Of a stretch of 64,000 nt of DNA, positions 18,687 to 28,014 are shown piece after piece. The notes under the pieces are model-generated. The model saw only the letters and a list, made by a program, of their open reading frames with translations, did no database searches and was not told the origin of the DNA. This DNA comes from an uncultured bacterium (lineage in GTDB: Bacteria > Omnitrophota > Omnitrophia > Omnitrophales > Aquincolibacteriaceae). How positions within the stretch are numbered: position 1 is the stretch's first letter; every line of letters starts with the position of its first letter. The stretch lies in the NCBI GenBank assembly GCA_964385615.1, contig CAYLPP010000003.1, forward strand, positions 75,288 to 139,287. The letters are read 5' to 3'. Both the position numbers and the translations under genes were made by a program.

Positions 18687-19296
18687 GAGGATTCATAAGG
18701 CTCGCTATTTTCTGATTTAACTTAGAAAGCTCGAAAGGTTTCTGCAGATAATCGTTAGCCCCCAGCACCATCGCTTTTTTTCTGACATCCGGCTCAATCA
18801 GCGCGCTGATCACCAAAACGGACGGGCGGGTTTCTTCTGATAAATGGCGGATAAATTCCATAACCTGGTAGCCGTCAAACCCAGGCATATGAATATCCAG
18901 AATCACAAGATGAGGACGGCCGTCCCGGCATTTCCATCCCGCGGCGAAACCGTCTTCAGCTTCGTCAACCCGGGTGCCGGGGAACGCGGCTTCAACCGCC
19001 CACCGAATCATACTGCGGACTTCTTTTTCATCATCAACGATCAGTACACGGCGCGCGTAAATTCCTGACATTTCTTCAGGGATGGGAATTTTCAGATTTT
19101 CCATGAAACGGACAAGTTCGGAAATTAAAATCCTGTGATGCCCGCCGGCGGTCAAAGACGCCAGAATCTTCCCCTCCTTGATCCAGCGCGTAACCGTCCC
19201 CGGGGAAACCTGACACAATTTAGCCGCTTCAAAGGTACCGATAAGATTCTTCATAAGCATCCTTTTCAAACGTAGCAGATTTGGAGGCTTTTGCAA
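18655..19296 (-). CDS. DNA-binding response regulator with N-terminal excisionase/MerR-type HTH and C-terminal receiver
   Basis: 213 aa; LIGTFEAAKLCQVSPGTVTRWIKEGKI HTH_17-like; then RVLIVDDEKEVRSMI...LVILDIHMPGFDG receiver. Confidence 0.75.
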   Translation of the reverse strand: MQKPPNLLRLKRMLMKNLIGTFEAAKLCQVSPGTVTRWIKEGKILASLTAGGHHRILISELVRFMENLKIPIPEEMSGIYARRVLIVDDEKEVRSMIRWAVEAAFPGTRVDEAEDGFAAGWKCRDGRPHLVILDIHMPGFDGYQVMEFIRHLSEETRPSVLVISALIEPDVRKKAMVLGANDYLQKPFELSKLNQKIASLMNPLGKGRKHDAA

Positions 19297-19373
19297 GATT
19301 GAAGGGTATCGAGTGTTTGAAGAGATTGAACTTATTTAAACCTGCAAAATAAGCCGGATGTGAGGGAATGAGG

Positions 19374-19904
19374 CTAAAAACCTGCTGGAATTTCGCTTTC
19401 TTCAGTAACCGTGCCGTCAAGATGAAGGACATGCACCCGGCCCCCTGAATGACTTCCGGGAATATCCGAAACAACCGGCGACTCCCCCGGTGAATCTAAT
19501 GTCAGCCGGCTGCGGGTATAAAGATACTCAGTCCCTCGTAAACTGCCTCCCGGATGAGTTAAATCCGGCCCTGGGAAACCTCTGGGATGGCCGTGGCGGA
19601 AGGGACAATCGAAAACTTCCAGACGGGTCAGGTTCCCCCGCACAAAAAGACGGCCTAAAGCTTCGTCCGCACTGCTGTCAGAAGGAAGCTCGCGGCTGGG
19701 ATTTCCATTGGCATAAATCTGAATACCAGTCCATATCCGGCGCAAATTATCCGCGCAACGGCGGTTATTGACCCGCTGATCGATCCAGTAGAACTGCGTG
19801 TAAAGAAAAACCGCCATGAGGGTTAAAATCGTGAGGAGAATAAGCGCTTCAAACGCCGTAAGGCCTCGGGTATTCAAAATTTTTCGATTCGTCATAGAAG
19901 GCAT
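19374..19904 (-). CDS. prepilin-type N-terminal cleavage/methylation domain protein with DUF1559-like C-terminus
   Basis: 176 aa; G|LTAFE (Glu at +5) then hydrophobic helix ALILLTILTLMAVF; C-terminal HSGGRVHVLHLDGTV resembles the DUF1559 H-GG-NV-F-DGSV motif common in the PVC group. Confidence 0.65.
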   Translation of the reverse strand: MPSMTNRKILNTRGLTAFEALILLTILTLMAVFLYTQFYWIDQRVNNRRCADNLRRIWTGIQIYANGNPSRELPSDSSADEALGRLFVRGNLTRLEVFDCPFRHGHPRGFPGPDLTHPGGSLRGTEYLYTRSRLTLDSPGESPVVSDIPGSHSGGRVHVLHLDGTVTEESEIPAGF

Positions 19905-20013
19905 CTTTTTATGTTTCGGCTTTCTTTACATAAGGCTTGAAAGCATTATACCTCGACTTGAATGCTTCGGCTTATGTGTTACCTTTTAATAAGAGACAAC
20001 CGGAGTTTTTGTC

Positions 20014-21186
20014 ATGGCTAAAAAAGACATTCTCGGACTTGTCTGTTCCGGCGGCGGCGCGCACGGCGCTTATCAAGTCGGTGTTCTTAAATACGTGCAT
20101 GAAAAATTCTCCCGCGGTCAGGCCAGCCCCTTTCAGGTATTCGCAGGCAGCTCCTGCGGCGCGCTCAACACAACCTTTTTTTCCGCTCAATCCTCCGATG
20201 CCGCTCAAAGCAGTCTCTGGCTTGAAGATCTTTGGCTTCATTTTCATGTTCCCGGATACCACGGCAACCTATTTAAAAACACTCTAAAAACTTTTTATCA
20301 TCAGTGGCGGAAAAAACCCGCCCACCGCACTGAAGCCTGGTCTTTATTCAGTCCCGGCCCCATGAAAGATGTGATTCAAAAAGGTTTTATCCGGGAAAAT
20401 TTCGAGAAAGCCTTGAAAGCTGGAACCACGCTGGCCAGTGCGATCGCGGCTACCGAAATGATCTCCGGACGGTCTTGCTGGTTTCAGGAAGGAGAAAAAG
20501 CCAAAGAGTGGAATTTATTTCATTCTATCGGCATTAAAACCCGGCTGGAAGGAGTTCATCTCGAAGCCAGCTGCAGTGTTCCTCTTTTCCTGCCGCCGGT
20601 TAAAATCGGGGAACATTACTTCGTGGATGGATCCGTAGGACTGGAGCGCCCCCTAGCCGCTGCCGCTTTAATGGGCGCGAACCGAATCATGACCATCGCG
20701 ACGGACCGGCCGGTTCCGACTTCCCTGCCCCAGTATCCCGCGGGATTCAAACCCCGCTTCACCAACATCATGAGACTTTTGATGAACCGCCTCAGTCATG
20801 ACCCGGCTACCGGAGAAACGATTCAGATTCAAATGATGAACCGGTTTTACCGCGTTCTTTCGGCGGCAAAAAAAGCCGAGAATCAGGGAGTGCCAGGCAT
20901 ACCGATTGAAGACGACTCCATGGCCGCGCATTACAATCCGGTCAGCGTTTATATGTTTTACCCCTCAAAAAGAATTCGGGACTTTTACGGCTTTGAAAAA
21001 AGAGCTCCCGAAACCCCAAAAAGAACACGGTTCATGTTTCATACCAAATTTATCCGGGAATTGATCACTTTGGGCTATGAAGACGCCCGCTCGCGCCACG
21101 AAGCGCTGAAAGATTTTTTCTGTGAAGAGACCGCCAGGAAATGGACTTTCTTCAGAAAATCCGATTCGGGAGAAAAAGCCGCGTAA
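20014..21186 (+). CDS. patatin-like phospholipase
   Basis: 390 aa; oxyanion GLVCSGGGAHGAYQVG, nucleophile elbow G-S-S-C-G (FAGSSCGA), catalytic Asp in FVDGSVG. Confidence 0.85.
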   Translation: MAKKDILGLVCSGGGAHGAYQVGVLKYVHEKFSRGQASPFQVFAGSSCGALNTTFFSAQSSDAAQSSLWLEDLWLHFHVPGYHGNLFKNTLKTFYHQWRKKPAHRTEAWSLFSPGPMKDVIQKGFIRENFEKALKAGTTLASAIAATEMISGRSCWFQEGEKAKEWNLFHSIGIKTRLEGVHLEASCSVPLFLPPVKIGEHYFVDGSVGLERPLAAAALMGANRIMTIATDRPVPTSLPQYPAGFKPRFTNIMRLLMNRLSHDPATGETIQIQMMNRFYRVLSAAKKAENQGVPGIPIEDDSMAAHYNPVSVYMFYPSKRIRDFYGFEKRAPETPKRTRFMFHTKFIRELITLGYEDARSRHEALKDFFCEETARKWTFFRKSDSGEKAA

Positions 21187-21193
21187 AGTTAAA

Positions 21194-21267
21194 TGCGCCC
21201 GGGCCGATTCGAACGGCCGACCCCCTGCTTAGAAGGCAGATGCTCTATCCACCTGAGCTACGGGCGC
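21194..21267 (-). tRNA. tRNA-Arg (anticodon TCT)
   Basis: hand-folded cloverleaf on the minus strand: acceptor GCGCCCG/CGGGCGC, D-arm GCTC...GAGC, anticodon stem TCTGC/GCAGG with loop CTTCTAA, T-arm GGCCG TTCGAAT CGGCC, discriminator A; CCA not encoded. Confidence 0.85.
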
Positions 21268-21355
21268 ACGTCTGGCTGCGTTAAAACACAACCGCAAACC
21301 TGTCACAAATTTTGTTCGTCACTGCGAACGCATGCTCTTTATAAAATTTTGATTA

Positions 21356-21877
21356 TTATACCTGCACTTGACCGTAAAACCAGAAAATCCTGACGGCAAT
21401 CCAGACCGTCATGACCAGCGCCAGAAAAATTTTAAAAACCCAGGAAATCATATACCCGAGACTGCTTCCCGCACCCGCTTTTAAAGCCGTCCGCACATTT
21501 CCATGCGTAAACCATTGGCATAAAAAGGCGCCCAAAAAAGCTCCGGTCAAAAGTCCTAGAACGGCCCCAATCCCCGCGAAAAAAACTCCAATCACAGCTC
21601 CGGCAAAAGCACCGGCCACACTGCCCCAGATCGCTGAACGGGATGCGCCCGTCTTTTTCACGGCGATCCCAATCGCGACCCAATCCATAATTTCTCCGGC
21701 CGCGTATATCAGCACAAGAAAAACAAAATCACCCGGGCCTAACGGACGGAAACCGGCAGTGCAGGCATATAAAAAAGCCCCCAGAAGAATCCAGAATGTT
21801 CCCAGAAAATTAAAGAAGAGTCCTAAGATTCCCAGAAAGGCAAAAAAGCCAAGAAGCACGAACCCCAGAACTTCCAT
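21356..21877 (-). CDS. DUF456-like small integral membrane protein
   Basis: 173 aa; 4-5 Gly/Ala-rich TM helices (GTFWILLGA...), resembles the DUF456 family. Confidence 0.45.
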   Translation of the reverse strand: MEVLGFVLLGFFAFLGILGLFFNFLGTFWILLGAFLYACTAGFRPLGPGDFVFLVLIYAAGEIMDWVAIGIAVKKTGASRSAIWGSVAGAFAGAVIGVFFAGIGAVLGLLTGAFLGAFLCQWFTHGNVRTALKAGAGSSLGYMISWVFKIFLALVMTVWIAVRIFWFYGQVQV

Positions 21878-21880
21878 AAC

Positions 21881-22666
21881 TCAGCGGAGAAGGTAAAGGA
21901 TAAGCCCGGCTACGGCAAACCGGTACCAGGCGAAAAAGCTCAGGGAGTGACGGCTTACAAACCCGACAAAGAAGCGGATAACCGCCAGCGCGGAGATAAA
22001 AGAGACCAGAAGCCCAATACCGAAGAATGGAATATCGGAAGATTGAAGAGCATCAAGACTTTTGATCAAATCAAGCGCGGCCGCGGCAGCCAGAACCGGC
22101 ACAGCCGCAAAGAAAGAATATTGCGTGGCGGTCTTTCGATCGAGACCAAGAGTCATGCCTCCAAGAATCGTGGCGCCGGAACGCGAAAAACCGGGCCAGA
22201 GAGCAAGACACTGAAAACAGCCGATTGAAAAAGCCTGTTTCCAGCTAATCTCATCAAGGGAAAAGCACTGGCGCAGTTTCTTCGAACGTTCCGCCAGAAG
22301 AATCCAAACACCCCCGGCAATAAATCCGAGCCCGACTGTCAGCGGATTGAAAAGATGGTGTTTGATAAAAGAGTGAAGAACCAGGCCCGCAACCAAAGCA
22401 GGCAAGGTTGTCACGGCCATCATGCCGATCCCCCGCAACCCTTTGAATCCCTGGTTGTCTTTAAAATTAAGAAACCCGGCAAAACGGTGGGCATAAAAAA
22501 CAAAAACGGCCAGAATCGCGCCCATTTGGATAAAAATCTCAAACGTAGAAGCTTTCTCGCCTGTAAAACCAAGCAAATGGCCCGCGAGAATCAAGTGTCC
22601 AGTGGATGAAACAGGGAGAAATTCCGTGAGGCCTTCAACAAGGCCCATAATTAAGGGAACCAGCAT
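21881..22666 (-). CDS. uppP: undecaprenyl-diphosphate phosphatase (BacA/UppP)
   Basis: 261 aa; EGLTEFLPVSSTGHLIL and SRSGATI motifs of UppP. Confidence 0.9.
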   Translation of the reverse strand: MLVPLIMGLVEGLTEFLPVSSTGHLILAGHLLGFTGEKASTFEIFIQMGAILAVFVFYAHRFAGFLNFKDNQGFKGLRGIGMMAVTTLPALVAGLVLHSFIKHHLFNPLTVGLGFIAGGVWILLAERSKKLRQCFSLDEISWKQAFSIGCFQCLALWPGFSRSGATILGGMTLGLDRKTATQYSFFAAVPVLAAAAALDLIKSLDALQSSDIPFFGIGLLVSFISALAVIRFFVGFVSRHSLSFFAWYRFAVAGLILYLLR

Positions 22667-22702
22667 GACAATCCTTTCAATTCGAAAATGACGGGAAGGC
22701 TG

Positions 22703-23164
22703 TCAGGCAGTTTTCGAAAGGACCGCCAGTTCTTCCAACGCTGCGTCACGGACAGGCTTCAAGCTTCCATCCGCGAGCCTGAACATAATAATATTTCCTG
22801 AGTCGCTTTTGTAGCAGTAATTTTTAATCCAATATTCGGCAGTTTCATTGTGATAACGGCGGAAAAAGAACTCTTTTGCCGTTTTCACGACTTCAGGCAT
22901 TTCATACTCATGCCCATCGTAGATTACTTTTACCGGAGCCTTGCCAAAGCGGTTGAAAAGATAATTTACTTTCGCCATTTCGGTTTTAGGCTGTTTCCGG
23001 TACATATTCAGGGCCTGGCTTTGATCCGCGGGCGGGAGAATCGCCTCTGAAGCAAGGCTGCGGCGCGTAAAAAGCGTGAACCAGAGCGAGATAAAAAAGA
23101 TAAGAAAAACCAGGGCCATCTTCAAATTTCTAAACATTCTTTTACTCCCGTAAGCAGTCCGCAT
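22703..23164 (-). CDS. hypothetical secreted/membrane-anchored protein
   Basis: 153 aa; N-terminal TM/signal (LKMALVFLIFFISLWFTLF); no recognised motif. Confidence 0.45.
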   Translation of the reverse strand: MRTAYGSKRMFRNLKMALVFLIFFISLWFTLFTRRSLASEAILPPADQSQALNMYRKQPKTEMAKVNYLFNRFGKAPVKVIYDGHEYEMPEVVKTAKEFFFRRYHNETAEYWIKNYCYKSDSGNIIMFRLADGSLKPVRDAALEELAVLSKTA

Positions 23165-23175
23165 GGTTTCCTCCG

Positions 23176-23207
23176 TAAAAAAGCCGGCTGAAAGATTCAG
23201 CCGGCTT
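23176..23207 (-). terminator. rho-independent terminator (12-bp perfect stem AAGCCGGCTGAA/TTCAGCCGGCTT, loop AGA, T-run on minus strand)
   Basis: seen directly downstream of the DUF378 gene on the minus strand. Confidence 0.6.
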
Positions 23208-23215
23208 TGAATACA

Positions 23216-23455
23216 TCACCCCTTCGTGCAGGGGCAAGGCTTAAACAGGGTTGTGACTATCAGAAGAATCCCTGATATCCCCGAAAGTGCGTAAAAAATC
23301 TTGTAAAGCACCGGTAGCATCGTTGTAACCTTCATGACAAGGTCCAGACCTATCAGCGTCGTCAACGCTCCGTTCAAGGCACCCAACGCAGCTAGAATCA
23401 CGACAACATAGCAAATGCCGCATTTCTTCATCATGGTGAGCCTCCTTGAGGGCAT
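23216..23455 (-). CDS. DUF378-like small membrane protein
   Basis: 79 aa; two TM helices, architecture of the DUF378 (YuzA-like) family. Confidence 0.5.
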   Translation of the reverse strand: MPSRRLTMMKKCGICYVVVILAALGALNGALTTLIGLDLVMKVTTMLPVLYKIFYALSGISGILLIVTTLFKPCPCTKG

Positions 23456-23542
23456 CTTTGCCCTTATTTAGCTTTCGGCATTCCGCCCGGAAACTGTATC
23501 CAATCCTCTGGATTTAACCCCGCTTCCCCCTTACAATACGCC

Positions 23543-24322
23543 ATGCCATGCATCACCTTGAAAGAAAAAACCTTAGAACCTGTTCTCTTATACCTTCCAG
23601 AGGGGTCAGGCCCCTTTCCCCTCATTTGCCTGACTCCGCTTCTTGGGCGTCTGGTTTTTCTTGAAGACCTTTTCTTTGAAAAGAAAATAGCCGCGTATTT
23701 CGCGCGTCAGGGTTTCGCGTGCGCGATTCTGGAGCGCCCCATATTCGAATTTGATTCCAACCAGGGTCTGGAGCAACTTCCCCGCTACCTGGAGAATTCT
23801 ATTTCCAGAAACCGGAGAACTCTCGATTTGCTTTTAAACCGAAGTGAAATTGATGCCAAACAAGTCGGAAGTTTCGGAATGAGTTTTGGAGCTATCGTTA
23901 ACTGCCTTTGGGCGGCCGAAGACTCCCGGCTGAAATGCCATGTACTGGCGCTCGGCGGAGCGGATATCCCTGAGATTTTCATCACATCGGAAGATCCCCT
24001 GATGCGCAGTCACCGTGAAGCCGCCTTAAAAAAAACAAACCTGGACAAACCTTCGCTCCTGGCAGAATTAAAAAAAATATTCCTTAAAGACCCGGGAAAT
24101 GCCCATGATGGAGCCAATCCTGACTCGTTCCTCATGATTCAAGCGGTTTTCGACCGTGTCATCAGACTTAAACAGGGCCTTAAACTGCGCAAAGCTTTGG
24201 GTAATCCCCGCACTCTTTTCGTTCCTTTGGGTCACTACACTTCCATTCTAGCGCTGCCTTTTCTGCGTTTTTCGGCCGCACGCTTTTTCAAAAGAAAGTT
24301 TTCCGCTTATGCACCTGCTTAA
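23543..24322 (+). CDS. alpha/beta-hydrolase-fold protein (dienelactone-hydrolase-like)
   Basis: 259 aa; nucleophile elbow G-M-S-F-G (VGSFGMSFGA), later Asp/His candidates. Confidence 0.5.
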   Translation: MPCITLKEKTLEPVLLYLPEGSGPFPLICLTPLLGRLVFLEDLFFEKKIAAYFARQGFACAILERPIFEFDSNQGLEQLPRYLENSISRNRRTLDLLLNRSEIDAKQVGSFGMSFGAIVNCLWAAEDSRLKCHVLALGGADIPEIFITSEDPLMRSHREAALKKTNLDKPSLLAELKKIFLKDPGNAHDGANPDSFLMIQAVFDRVIRLKQGLKLRKALGNPRTLFVPLGHYTSILALPFLRFSAARFFKRKFSAYAPA

Positions 24323-25196
24323 AGTCACAAAACCAGCAAAACTTTTTGATTTCCTTCTCGAAGGCCTGCACGGCATCAAAAAAACAAAACTTAAAAACTA
24401 CCTTCGGGAGCGGGCTATTCTCGTTAACGGGAAAATCGTGACGCAGTTCGATCACCCTCTTCAGCCGGGCGATCAGGTCGGATTGCAGACAGACAAAGAA
24501 GAAGCCGCAAAGCAAAGCCTGCGCTCACGGCTCGATATTGTTTATGAGGATGACACACTCATTGTGATCAATAAACCCTCTGGGCTTTTGACGATCGCGA
24601 CAGAACAAGAGCAGAAGCGGACCGCTTATTACCAGGTCCACGAGTATTTAATGAGCCAGAATCCCCGCAACCGCAAGCCGATTTATATCGTTCACCGTCT
24701 GGATCAGGACGCTTCCGGTTTAATTGTGTTCGCGAAAAACCTTAATGCGAAAATGTTTCTGCAGGAACACTGGCAGGAATTTCAGAAAAAATACTACGCA
24801 GTTGTTAATGGAATTCCTCCGCGCGAATCGGACACAATTGAAAGCTGGCTGAGGGAGAGTAAATTTCTGAAGGTTTATACGTCTCCGGAGCGCTCCGAAG
24901 GAGCTAAGCATGCCGTGACGCACTATCAAGTCCTTAGAAAATCGGCATCCGCAGCGCTGCTGGATGTTGAAATTGAAACGGGACGGAAACATCAAATCCG
25001 GGTGCATTTGGCCAGCCTGGGGCACCCTATTCTAGGCGATGAAAAATACGGCGGGAAAGAAAACGCGAAAGCGGCCAAACGGCTGGCTCTTCATTCCAGA
25101 TACCTGAAAATCCGCCACCCGGAAACCAATAAACCTCTGAGCTTTGAATCCGGTCTCCCTCCCGCGATGGAACAGATGCTCCGGGAGATTGATTAG
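24309..25196 (+). CDS. RluA-family 23S rRNA/tRNA pseudouridine synthase with N-terminal S4-like domain
   Basis: 295 aa; HRLDQDASGLIVFAKN catalytic Asp motif, KHQIRVHLASLGHPILGDEKYG. Confidence 0.85.
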   Translation: MHLLKVTKPAKLFDFLLEGLHGIKKTKLKNYLRERAILVNGKIVTQFDHPLQPGDQVGLQTDKEEAAKQSLRSRLDIVYEDDTLIVINKPSGLLTIATEQEQKRTAYYQVHEYLMSQNPRNRKPIYIVHRLDQDASGLIVFAKNLNAKMFLQEHWQEFQKKYYAVVNGIPPRESDTIESWLRESKFLKVYTSPERSEGAKHAVTHYQVLRKSASAALLDVEIETGRKHQIRVHLASLGHPILGDEKYGGKENAKAAKRLALHSRYLKIRHPETNKPLSFESGLPPAMEQMLREID

Positions 25197-26638
25197 GCCC
25201 CGGCAGGTTCCGCTGTTTGACGCTTGCGTGAATAAGCGTGAGTCGCTGTTCCGAAAAACATTTCGGCGGCTTCCATAAAAGTTTCTGAAAGCGTCGGATG
25301 CGGATGAACGGATTCGGCCAAATCACGGACCGTGGCTCCCATCTCAATCGCCACAAGCCCCTCACTGATTAATTCCCCAGCACCGGCACCCACAACGCCG
25401 ACACCCAGAATCCGTTCCGTTTCAGGCTCAACGATCAGCTTAGTCATCCCGTCTGTACGGTCAAAGCTAAGCGCTCTTCCGGAAGCAGACCAGGGAAACT
25501 TCACAACTTCCACGGGAATGCCTTTCTTACGGGCTTCCGCTTCCGTCAAACCGCACCAGGCAACTTCAGGATCGGTAAAGACCACTGCGGGAATAATAAT
25601 ATCGGAAAACACAGAATGCTCACCCACAATAGCGTCAATCGCGATACGAGCTTCCTTGGAAGCTTTATGCGCCAGCATCAACCCGCCCACCACGTCACCA
25701 ATCGCGTAAATGGAAGGATCATCCGTCTGCTGCTGGTCATTGACTTTCACGTACCCGCGGTCATCCAATTTCACCTTAGTTTCTTTAAGGCCAAGGTCCT
25801 GGGTATTCGCCGCGCGGCCCACGGAAACAAGCACGCGGTCATAAAGCTCTTCAATCGTTTTACCATCCTGTTCCATGACAACCTTGATCTGCTTACCGTG
25901 CGTGGCCATTTTAGAAACCTTGGTCTTCACGCGCACTTCACGGAAATGCTTCTGAGCAAAATTTACAACAGGTCTGGCAAGATCAGGATCGGCGGTCGCA
26001 AGGATCGCGTCCAGCGCCTCAACCACAACCACACGGCTGCCCAGAGTCGCATAAACCGTGCCGAGCTCCATCCCGATGTAACCGCCGCCGACAATTAGAA
26101 GATCCTGGGGAATGTCCTCGATTTCCAGAGCTTCTGTCGAAGTCATAATCCGTTTATTGCCAAGATCAAATGCGGACGGCATCGCCGGACGAGACCCTAC
26201 AGCCAAAACCGCTTTATCATACTTGATAAACTGCTGACCTTTGGCAGTCTCCACGCGAAGCTGATTGGAGCCCTCAAAGTGGGCGCGCCCGTGCCAAACT
26301 TCTACGCCCCGCCGTTCAGCTAAACCCGCGACTCCCTTGGAAAGTTTTTCAATAATTGAATCCTTCCAGGCGCGCATTTTTGACAAATCAATTTTAGGTT
26401 CAGAAAATGAAATCCCGCGAAAAGCGGATTCTTTAGCTTCCGCGATAAGTTTTGTGACATGGAGGAGAGCTTTGGAAGGAATGCAGCCGCGGTTCAGGCA
26501 AACACCGCCAAGCCTTTTATCCTGCTCAACCAAAATAACTTTTTTTCCCTGATCAGCCGCGTAAAAAGCCGCCGCGTAACCGCCGGGCCCAGCACCAATC
26601 ACTACAATATCTGTCTGAGTCGCTTTAATATTCGCCAT
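25193..26638 (-). CDS. lpdA: dihydrolipoyl dehydrogenase (E3)
   Basis: 481 aa; FAD GxGxxG (VVIGAGPGGY), redox disulfide GGVCLNRGCIPSK, NAD site, C-terminal HPHPTLSE. Confidence 0.9.
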   Translation of the reverse strand: MANIKATQTDIVVIGAGPGGYAAAFYAADQGKKVILVEQDKRLGGVCLNRGCIPSKALLHVTKLIAEAKESAFRGISFSEPKIDLSKMRAWKDSIIEKLSKGVAGLAERRGVEVWHGRAHFEGSNQLRVETAKGQQFIKYDKAVLAVGSRPAMPSAFDLGNKRIMTSTEALEIEDIPQDLLIVGGGYIGMELGTVYATLGSRVVVVEALDAILATADPDLARPVVNFAQKHFREVRVKTKVSKMATHGKQIKVVMEQDGKTIEELYDRVLVSVGRAANTQDLGLKETKVKLDDRGYVKVNDQQQTDDPSIYAIGDVVGGLMLAHKASKEARIAIDAIVGEHSVFSDIIIPAVVFTDPEVAWCGLTEAEARKKGIPVEVVKFPWSASGRALSFDRTDGMTKLIVEPETERILGVGVVGAGAGELISEGLVAIEMGATVRDLAESVHPHPTLSETFMEAAEMFFGTATHAYSRKRQTAEPAGA

Positions 26639-26647
26639 ATGAATTCC

Positions 26648-27991
26648 TTAGATTTTAACTTCTTTTTCGCTGAAATTTTCAAGGCCCTTGACCACTTCCA
26701 TAATGAAGCGGGCCCCGTCCGCGCCGTCAATCACGCGGTGATCGTAAGAAAGGCCGAGCGGCAGCATGATGGCCGGCTCAAGCTTGGGTTTTTCTGTCTT
26801 GGAAGCCGCCGGAATGTAAACCGGGCGGGTCACGCCGCGGCCGACTCCGAGCACCGCCACCTGGGGCACCGCAACGATCGGCGTGAAAAACGTGCCACCA
26901 ATGCTGCCCAGGTTCGAAATATTAAACGTACCCCCCTGAATATCATCCACGGAAATTTTCCGGGCACGGGTCTTTTCGGCCATCTTCTGCAGGTCGATGG
27001 AAATTTCAACCAGGTCTTTCTTGTCCACATTCTTGATGACAGGAACGATCAGACCCTGTTCGGTATCGACCGCGATGCCAAGATGCACGTACTCTTTATA
27101 AACCAGTTCCTCAGCTGCTTCATCAATGCTGGAGTTGATGACCGGATGTTTTTTCAGAGCATTCGCCACGACCTTCATAATGAAAGAGGTCAAAGTCAGC
27201 TTGGCGTTTTTCTTTTCATAAGCAGGCGCGTATTTCTTGCGCAGGGCCATCAGGGCCGTGATATTGGCCTCTTCAAACTGCGTGACATGCGGAACGGCCG
27301 TCCACGACTCGACCATTTTGTTTCCAATGGTCTTGCGTAAGTTGGTCATTTTCTTTTTGGTGACGGGGCCCCACTTAGAGAAATCAACGGAAGGCGCCGG
27401 AACCCTAGCTGCCGTTCCCTGCGAAGACGGATCCGTCGAGGACCCGCGAGCGTGCTGGAGCTGTTGAGCTCCAGTCTGCTGAAGGGCTTGGATATAAGTA
27501 CGCAAATCATTAAGCGTAATTCTTCCGCCCGCTTCAGAACCCCGAACACGAGTAAGATCAATCCCTAAATCACGCGCCATTTTACGAATTGAAGGAGAAG
27601 CCGGAGGCGGAAAACCGCTTTTAGATTGATAGGAATAATCCTGACTCTGAGCCGGGCTGGTCGCGTGATGCTGAACCGGAGCCGGCGCGGAAGGCGCGGG
27701 AGCCGATGCAGGCTTGGACGCTTCCTTCACGGGAGCCGTGGAGGACGTACCGGTCGAACCGGAGGATGAAATGGTAATAACCGCCTGTCCCACCGAAACT
27801 TTATCGCCTTCCTTCACAAGAATCTTGGTGACAACTCCAGCTTCCGTAGCAGGAATAGGCGCGACGGCCTTTTCAGTTTCGAGCTCCAGCACAGTCTGAT
27901 CTTTCTGAATGGTCATGCCTTCAGAAACAAGAATGCTGACCACCGTGCCCGCGTTCACACCTTCGCCTAATCTGGGAACTTTAATATCCAT
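26648..27991 (-). CDS. aceF: dihydrolipoamide acetyltransferase (E2) of a 2-oxo-acid dehydrogenase complex
   Basis: 447 aa; lipoyl domain (LELETEKA lipoyl-Lys context), Ala/Pro linker, E3-binding domain, catalytic DHRVIDGA. Confidence 0.9.
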   Translation of the reverse strand: MDIKVPRLGEGVNAGTVVSILVSEGMTIQKDQTVLELETEKAVAPIPATEAGVVTKILVKEGDKVSVGQAVITISSSGSTGTSSTAPVKEASKPASAPAPSAPAPVQHHATSPAQSQDYSYQSKSGFPPPASPSIRKMARDLGIDLTRVRGSEAGGRITLNDLRTYIQALQQTGAQQLQHARGSSTDPSSQGTAARVPAPSVDFSKWGPVTKKKMTNLRKTIGNKMVESWTAVPHVTQFEEANITALMALRKKYAPAYEKKNAKLTLTSFIMKVVANALKKHPVINSSIDEAAEELVYKEYVHLGIAVDTEQGLIVPVIKNVDKKDLVEISIDLQKMAEKTRARKISVDDIQGGTFNISNLGSIGGTFFTPIVAVPQVAVLGVGRGVTRPVYIPAASKTEKPKLEPAIMLPLGLSYDHRVIDGADGARFIMEVVKGLENFSEKEVKI

Positions 27992-28014
27992 TTCAATCTT
28001 TCCGTTTTTTTAAA

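Noticed and set aside
21411-21896. 161-aa Lys/Pro/Ala-rich plus-strand ORF
   Set aside because: Exactly antisense to the DUF456 membrane protein gene. Its composition mirrors the Gly/Ala-rich TM codons (GCC/GGC) of that gene.
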